Position numbers and translations under genes: made by a program. Of a DNA stretch of 64,000 nt, positions 63,865 to 64,000 are shown one piece after another. Source of the DNA: Histomonas meleagridis 2922-C6/04-290x. Lineage: Eukaryota; Protista; Parabasalia. Positions within the stretch are counted from its first letter, which is position 1, and each line of letters opens with the position of its first letter. The notes beneath the pieces are model-generated. The model saw only the letters and a list, made by a program, of their open reading frames with translations. It made no database searches and was not told the DNA's origin. The stretch lies in the NCBI GenBank assembly GCA_020184695.1, contig JAANOX010000032.1, positions 248,001-312,000 of the forward strand. Reading direction: 5' to 3'.

Positions 63865-64000
63865 AAAAAATGAAATTATTGCCAGGCTATATTTATTTGT
63901 GCCAGTTAAAATAGTCAAGATGGCAAACAAACTCCTACAATATTTCGAAAACCGCATAATGAATATTAATATAATTCTTTGATAATGCTACCATACATAT

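Overview
AT-rich, gene-dense eukaryotic DNA in the standard genetic code, with no canonical GT-AG introns detected. The ubiquitin and actin sequences, BspA-like LRR surface proteins, transmembrane PAS adenylate cyclase, DUF3447-type ankyrin genes and Inr/M3/M5 promoter motifs point to a parabasalid (Trichomonas/Tritrichomonas-like) genome; this is an inference. The window holds about 30 protein genes: gamma-adaptin, CNOT9, a DEAD-box helicase, an adenylate cyclase, actin, APEH, RPS10, VPS13-like, ubiquitin, Rae1, GRWD1, Hook-like, CSN2, SCY1-like and two BspA genes, among others. It also has two identical tRNA-Leu(AAG) genes. Several genes, actin included, carry 1-nt frameshifts in homopolymer runs, probably assembly errors. 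The most striking feature lies at 20.9-23.4 kb. Two ankyrin-repeat arrays on opposite strands have each 90-nt repeat-coding block separated by a stop-containing AT-rich spacer. Five of the seven complete spacers are exactly 80 nt, all sit at the same position in the repeat, and they share position-fixed motifs but have no AG acceptor or trichomonad branch-point signal. This is a candidate non-canonical intron or recoding system. A surface protein with an apparently Firmicutes-derived ectodomain is the second highlight.
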